Part shown: in pieces, positions 58,095 to 62,951 of the stretch
Position numbering within the stretch: the stretch's first letter is position 1
Layout of the letters: each line of letters starts with the position of its first letter
Origin: Oligoflexales bacterium
Lineage (GTDB): Bacteria; Bdellovibrionota_B; Oligoflexia; Oligoflexales; CAIYRB01
Direction of reading: 5' to 3'
NCBI GenBank assembly: GCA_041736175.1
Contig: JBGSUI010000151.1
Coordinates: forward strand, 1-62,951
Length of the DNA stretch: 62,951 nucleotides
The notes under the pieces: model-generated
Told to the model about the DNA's origin: nothing
Database searches by the model: none
The model's input: the letters and a program-made list of their open reading frames with translations, nothing else
Program-made: the position numbers and the translations under genes

Positions 58095-58413
58095 AACGAG
58101 CAAAGATCATGCCGCCGCAACCAACCCCAACCTGTCGTCAATTTGCCAAAGGGATCAAAAAGTTATATAAAAACAAACAATGTTTTTTATATTGACAGGT
58201 GTCATAAATCCCTACACCGGAGGGGGTAGTCCAGGATAGGGATCCGGTGCCACTTGTTGACCAAAAGTCCTACGGAGTCGTTCGTCCCAGGACGACACTC
58301 CCCTAGAGAGTTAGCTAAACGCACGCCAAACTGAGCGGCCGCCGGCGGCACCATACCGGGCATAAATCCGAAAAACTCGGATCTACAACGCTTTTCGCCG
58401 TCAGGCACTTCGG

Positions 58414-58698
58414 CTAGCGAACCTTACCCTTGGCTTTTGATAGGCCAGCTTTTGCTTTTTCGATAAATTGCGAAATTATTTCACCGGTTATCTGTGCAAC
58501 AGGTACATGCTTCACTTTTGACACCTGTTTTAGGAAAACCAAATCTTCACTTTTCAGGTAAATGCTCGTTCTGATCGTGTCACTCTTGGAGGCGATGCAT
58601 GGCAGGTCGTCAAAGCTGGCTGATTCAGATCCAAACCAATGATCAGGAAGTTTTTCAACCTGATCTAACGCCTCTTGCAAAGCTTTAGGAGTCTTCAT
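58414..58698 (-). CDS. RHH/CopG (BrnA-like) antitoxin
   Basis: RTSIYLKSEDLVFLK...; RBS AAGGAGG; upstream toxin gene seemingly deleted. Confidence 0.6.
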   Translation of the reverse strand: MKTPKALQEALDQVEKLPDHWFGSESASFDDLPCIASKSDTIRTSIYLKSEDLVFLKQVSKVKHVPVAQITGEIISQFIEKAKAGLSKAKGKVR

Positions 58699-58766
58699 CT
58701 TTATTCCTCCTTCCGAGTGATTCGTAAAATGGTTTTAATACGTTCTGTACCCATTTTCTTCTGAAG

Positions 58767-58975
58767 TATGTAAGTCCCCGGGGAGTGCAAGTCAAAGCCC
58801 AAAACTTCGCGCGCCTCAAACGCAAACACGCCAAACGGCACCGCGCCCAGCGCACAGAAAACATAACCGTGGAAACCTTCCAAAAATCTCTAACATCCTG
58901 GCGCGGCAACCTCACCCATAGCCACAGTAGCAGCCAGAAGACCTCCCTCGCCCTCTGTGCGGTCAAGTCCTATGG
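58767..58975 (+). pseudogene. C-terminal fragment of a DGR-type reverse transcriptase
   Basis: YVSPRGVQVKAQNFARLKRKHAKRHRAQRTENITVETFQKSLTSWRGNLTHSHS resembles the post-FLG thumb region (basic helix...I....F..S..SW.G...H). Confidence 0.5.
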
Positions 58976-59223
58976 TGTGACGGTTGCCTATCGGATTTGG
59001 CACTGCTTTTTGTGGACTTTAAAAAACCCACCGCTTGCCATACGGCGTCTACGATCTACTCAGAAAGACGCCCGTCTGGTTTACTGTCAATGGCTTGAAA
59101 CGAATCTCAAAAAAAAATTCAGCCGCTGGCCGCGGCCGAAATCGAAAGAGATTAATAGAGTATTTCAACTGATTATGGTAGACCAAAAGCGGGGCTAGGG
59201 CGAAGCTCTTGGCCTGTGCAGGC

Positions 59224-59240
59224 GGCCGCTGCTCGCGGCC
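59224..59240 (-). other. GC hairpin 17 nt downstream of the fibre stop codon (DGR target-recognition-like)
   Basis: GGCCGC-GAGCA-GCGGCC. Confidence 0.5.
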
Positions 59241-59257
59241 CAAAACAAAACCCAAGT

Positions 59258-62200
59258 CTAGCGGACGCAGCAGCGGAACACGTAGGCAGTGGTCATGTAG
59301 TCTGCGTTGAGCGACTCACAAGACGAGCTACCAGCGGCGATCGCGTAGCCGATGCCGTAGTTGTAGAACTCGGCGACCCACTCCCAGGCCCCCGTCATTC
59401 CGGTGGGAGTTCCCGCCCTACAGGCCTTGCGCCATTCGTTTTGATTGCACATTAAGGCGGCACCTTCGGTGAGGTTGAGATCCTGACAGGTGGCCTGCGC
59501 GTCCAGCCAAGCAGCTGCGGTACGCTCGTCGGTATCGATGCAAAAAGTCCCCCGCTTGCCCGATGTCCCAATCATGGTAAATCCCGAGGGGCAGCTCGTC
59601 AAACCACCTCCACCACCGGAGGGGGTTGCCCAGCTAAGAGTTCCCGAGCCGTTGTTGGTGAGGACCGTGCTCGCACTGCCCTGGGAAGAGGGCCAACTGT
59701 AGGCGACACCCTTGATCTTGGTTACATCGCCCGTAGAGGCCACGCGGAACTCCGAAGCGGCGCCGATATCGAGCAGGCCGCCCGGGGATGTAGTGCCGAT
59801 GCCGACGTTGCCGTTGCTTAATATTCTTGTTCGAATATTTCCAGACGCATCGGCAAAAGAAATGGTACCGTCGTTGCCTCCTGTGTAGGATCTCCCTGCC
59901 TGAATTAACAATGCTGGACTAGTGCTGTAACTTGAGCCCTCAAGGGTGATTTTTGCACCCGGAGTATTACCGTAGCCAGGGTAAGTAGCTCCACCAGAGA
60001 TTACTGCGCTCCCTGGCCAAGATGCACCTGATCCATACCCAAGTGCAATATACCCGCCTGTTGAATGACCATCGGTGCCACCATTTAAACTAAGGTTGGA
60101 AGGGGATGTAACAGTCGTTACCCGTAAGTTCCCTGCATTTAGATCCAGTTTAGCGGCGGGCGCCGTCGTCCCGATACCGATGTTACCTGACGGCGAGAGA
60201 TACATGGCATCGACAATGCTGCCTGAATTAGTAGTGCGAAGCTGTAAACCCAAGCTGCCCGATGCGTCCGAACGACGCGCCTGTAGATAGGCCGTGTTCG
60301 TGCCGGAGTAAGGCGTGATAAAAATATGTCCAGGTAAGTAGAGGGACTGAGCCGATCCAGTGATCAGGCTGTTGGCAAGGTAGACATCCGACGAACCAGC
60401 GTAATCAAAACCGCCCCGCGGCGCCGTCGTCCCAATACCTACATTCCCGGATGTGGTGATCAATCCAGAGGTGTTAATGGCTGTGCTTCCGCCAATGGTC
60501 CCCGATGTGATCGCAGACCCTGAGACTTTACCTGCTGTAGAGATGGTGGCCAGTTTTGTATCAGCGATAGCTGCGGCTGAGTTGATGTCGGCATTGGTGA
60601 TCGTATCATCAGTTATGGTCCCCGCAGTGCCACCGGAGACTGCTCCAACGGTAGCAAGGGCACCAAGACCATGGCCGGTGATCGAAGTGACAGCACCCGA
60701 GAGTTTGGATGTGGCGATGGCTGCTGAGGCGTTGATGTCTGTATCCATGATGGAGTTGTTGCTGATCTCCGCACTGCCCACAGTGCTCAGGGTGGCTAGA
60801 GATCCAAGGCCGTGGCCTGTGATTGCGGTGACTGCTCCGGAGAGTTTAGAAGTGGCTATGGCAGCTGAGGCGTTGATATCGACGTTCATGATGGAGAGAT
60901 CGCTGATCTCAGAGCTACCCACAGCACTTAGAGTGGCCAAAGATCCTAGTCCAAGGGTTGTCCTTTGGGCGGTGGCGTCAGTATCGTCGAGGATCGCTTT
61001 ACCAGCAGCCGTGACGGTGTAGGTGCCCCAGGTGTTGGCGCCGGTACGTTCCACGCTACCAGTACCGGAAATTCCTTCCACGGCAGCCAAGTCGTCGGCG
61101 AGACTGAGGGTAAGAGAACCTGAGGAGGTCACAGGACCACCTGAGACACTGATCCCCGCGGGGGGAGCGGTGATCCCCACACTGGTGACCGTGCCTGTCG
61201 TGGCACTCGCCCAGGCCAAGACACCGGAACCGTTGGTCGAGAGCATTTGGCCGCTGGTTCCGTCCCCGGAGGGCAGGGTCCAGATTCTGTCAGTCCCTAA
61301 AACATCGGGGGCCTTAAAACCCACGTAGTTGGTGCCGTTGGCTGCGAGTTCGTCAAAACGTAGTTCCCCTGTCTGGCCTGCTCCCGTGTTGTAGGGTTTG
61401 ACTTCCACCCCGTTTTGCAGGGCGGTGGTCACGGTCCCGGCATTGACCGTCGTCGCTGCAGTGATGGCCGCTTGTTTGCTATTGAAAGCTAAGAAATCAG
61501 ACGAGGCTAGGTAACCATCCGCCGCGCCACCTGCTTGGCCTAAACCAAAAACGCCAGTACTGGAGTTGTAAGTCAAGGGAGCTGAGATGCTGACGGCACC
61601 GCGGGCCGCGGTGTTAAAATCATACCAGGATTTGTCACCACGGTAGAATTGGGCCGTAGTGCCAGCGGCGATGGTGGCTTCTTTGCCCGAAAGAGAGGTG
61701 GAAAGCCCCGAGATTTTTGACTGGGAAATCCCTGCCGCGCTGTTGATATCCGCGTCGGTGATCGAGTCATCGCTGATGGTACCCCCGGTGCCCCCGGAGA
61801 CAGTCGATGCGGTTGCCAACGATCCTAAACCAAGGGTTGTTCGTTGGGCTGTGGCGTCAGCATCGTCCAGGATTGCTTTACCAGCAGCCGTGACGCTATA
61901 GGTGCCCCAGGTATTGGTGCCGGTGCGTTCCACGCTGCCAGTACCGGAAATTCCTTCCACAGCAGCCAAATCGTCAGATAAACTCAGCGTCATGGACCCC
62001 GCACCGGTCACCGGGCCTCCTGAGACATTGATCCCAGCGGCGGGAGCGGTGATCCCGACACTGGTCACGGTGCCTGCTCCGGCAGGGCTGGCCCAGCTTA
62101 AGGTGCCCGAGCCGTTGGTCGCTAGGACCTGGCCGTTGCCACCATCCACTGCGGGAAGAGTCCAGACCAAATTAGATGAGACTGTCGTGGGTGCCCGGAG

Positions 62201-62951
62201 GGCCACGTAGTTAGAGTTGTCCCCATCCCCAAAACGCAGCTGGGAGGGGGTTCCTGCTGCCGGATTGACTAAAAAGTTTGCTGACCCGGCGATACTCCCC
62301 GCTGTGGCGATCCCGCCAGATCCGCTAAAGGTGGCCGTCCCACCAATGGTGCCAGAGGTGATGGCATCCCCTGAGACTTTGCCAGGTGTGGTGATCGAGG
62401 CGATCTTAGTATCGGTGACCGCGCCACTGTCCAGGTCCGTGGTCCCGATGGTCGTCTTGGTGGCCAGAGTCCCGAGACCGAGGTTGGTGCGGGCTGTGCT
62501 GGGGTCAGAGAGGTCGGAGAGGTTATTGGCAGGTTTTATGGTGGTCGCGCTGACGCTCGACAGGGATGCACTATCCGCCTTGCCGCTTAAGAGTGCTGAG
62601 AGACCTGTCACCTGGGAGATGCTGATGGAATCAACCGTGAGTTTACCCTCGCCGTTAAAGGTCAGGGTCGACTGGTCCACAGGGACTTTAAGGGCTGTGG
62701 GGACCGCCATAAAGCGCTGTCTTTCAAAGATCCTGCTTTGGGCTTCCACCTGGATATAGACCGCCTTGAGGCCGTCTCCAAAGATCTCGTTGACCTGGGA
62801 TGGGGTCAGACTCAAGGTGAGCTGAAACACGCCGTCCCGGAGTTCGGTATCGCGAAATTCTAGGGTAGGACCTATGGGGTCCCCTCCTGTAGGAGCTGTG
62901 TAAAATTGGACCTTCATGGAAAGGGGCCCCTCGAAAGACTTGCCGCTTTCT
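59258..62951 (-). CDS. Tail-fibre/MAT-like adhesin with C-terminal CLec-fold domain (N-terminus beyond window)
   Basis: Frame open to the window edge; ARTNLGLG, GQVL.TNGSG.LSW and GN(V/I)GIGTT repeats; ends FCID...W..A...C...EW..AC...GMTG.WEWV...FRCCVR. Confidence 0.85.
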   Translation of the reverse strand, partial: ESGKSFEGPLSMKVQFYTAPTGGDPIGPTLEFRDTELRDGVFQLTLSLTPSQVNEIFGDGLKAVYIQVEAQSRIFERQRFMAVPTALKVPVDQSTLTFNGEGKLTVDSISISQVTGLSALLSGKADSASLSSVSATTIKPANNLSDLSDPSTARTNLGLGTLATKTTIGTTDLDSGAVTDTKIASITTPGKVSGDAITSGTIGGTATFSGSGGIATAGSIAGSANFLVNPAAGTPSQLRFGDGDNSNYVALRAPTTVSSNLVWTLPAVDGGNGQVLATNGSGTLSWASPAGAGTVTSVGITAPAAGINVSGGPVTGAGSMTLSLSDDLAAVEGISGTGSVERTGTNTWGTYSVTAAGKAILDDADATAQRTTLGLGSLATASTVSGGTGGTISDDSITDADINSAAGISQSKISGLSTSLSGKEATIAAGTTAQFYRGDKSWYDFNTAARGAVSISAPLTYNSSTGVFGLGQAGGAADGYLASSDFLAFNSKQAAITAATTVNAGTVTTALQNGVEVKPYNTGAGQTGELRFDELAANGTNYVGFKAPDVLGTDRIWTLPSGDGTSGQMLSTNGSGVLAWASATTGTVTSVGITAPPAGISVSGGPVTSSGSLTLSLADDLAAVEGISGTGSVERTGANTWGTYTVTAAGKAILDDTDATAQRTTLGLGSLATLSAVGSSEISDLSIMNVDINASAAIATSKLSGAVTAITGHGLGSLATLSTVGSAEISNNSIMDTDINASAAIATSKLSGAVTSITGHGLGALATVGAVSGGTAGTITDDTITNADINSAAAIADTKLATISTAGKVSGSAITSGTIGGSTAINTSGLITTSGNVGIGTTAPRGGFDYAGSSDVYLANSLITGSAQSLYLPGHIFITPYSGTNTAYLQARRSDASGSLGLQLRTTNSGSIVDAMYLSPSGNIGIGTTAPAAKLDLNAGNLRVTTVTSPSNLSLNGGTDGHSTGGYIALGYGSGASWPGSAVISGGATYPGYGNTPGAKITLEGSSYSTSPALLIQAGRSYTGGNDGTISFADASGNIRTRILSNGNVGIGTTSPGGLLDIGAASEFRVASTGDVTKIKGVAYSWPSSQGSASTVLTNNGSGTLSWATPSGGGGGLTSCPSGFTMIGTSGKRGTFCIDTDERTAAAWLDAQATCQDLNLTEGAALMCNQNEWRKACRAGTPTGMTGAWEWVAEFYNYGIGYAIAAGSSSCESLNADYMTTAYVFRCCVR

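Noticed and set aside
58685..58966. Minus-strand ORFs as an intact BrnT-like toxin
   Set aside because: Most of their length is antisense to the RT-like fragment; only the last 60-80 nt could be a toxin tail and the frame is ambiguous.
59258..62951. Prophage tail gene
   Set aside because: No phage structural, replication or integrase genes in the window, and the N-terminal part resembles cellular MAT-like fibres. Sequence beyond the right edge is unseen.

Overview
Bacterial chromosomal window, probably from Bdellovibrionota/Oligoflexia (inferred from the MAT-like fibre, PilZ, receiver-TPR and SH3/M48 genes and from sigma28-like promoters). 1-330: IS481 and GxxExxY debris downstream of tRNA-Leu(CAA) (529-614). 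723-17955: a 16-gene anaerobic-type cobalamin operon on the minus strand under a cobalamin riboswitch. It has a CbiX-ferredoxin fusion and a SUMT-HemD-like-CobO triple fusion, and no recognisable cbiJ/cobK. 18-33 kb: accessory genes (gluzincin lipoprotein, 14-repeat RCC1 protein, CotH, PilZ, two PP2C/SpoIIE paralogues, a beta-carbonic anhydrase with a non-canonical start, and an AT-rich ATPase-nuclease plus toxin-antitoxin (TA) islet). 33-56 kb: mostly housekeeping (trpBA, cysS, xdhC, hutI, greA, tyrS, ubiE/menG, a degenerate second cobU). 56-59 kb: a TA cluster with gene debris. The most notable signal is at the right end. A large phage-tail-fibre/MAT-like adhesin ends in a CLec-type domain with an NNC-rich, variable-region (VR)-like 3' end and a GC hairpin. 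It faces an unannotated fragment resembling the C-terminus of a diversity-generating retroelement (DGR) reverse transcriptase. This suggests a decayed or trans-acting DGR diversifying a chromosomal adhesin tip. All calls come from visual motif recognition; no searches were run.
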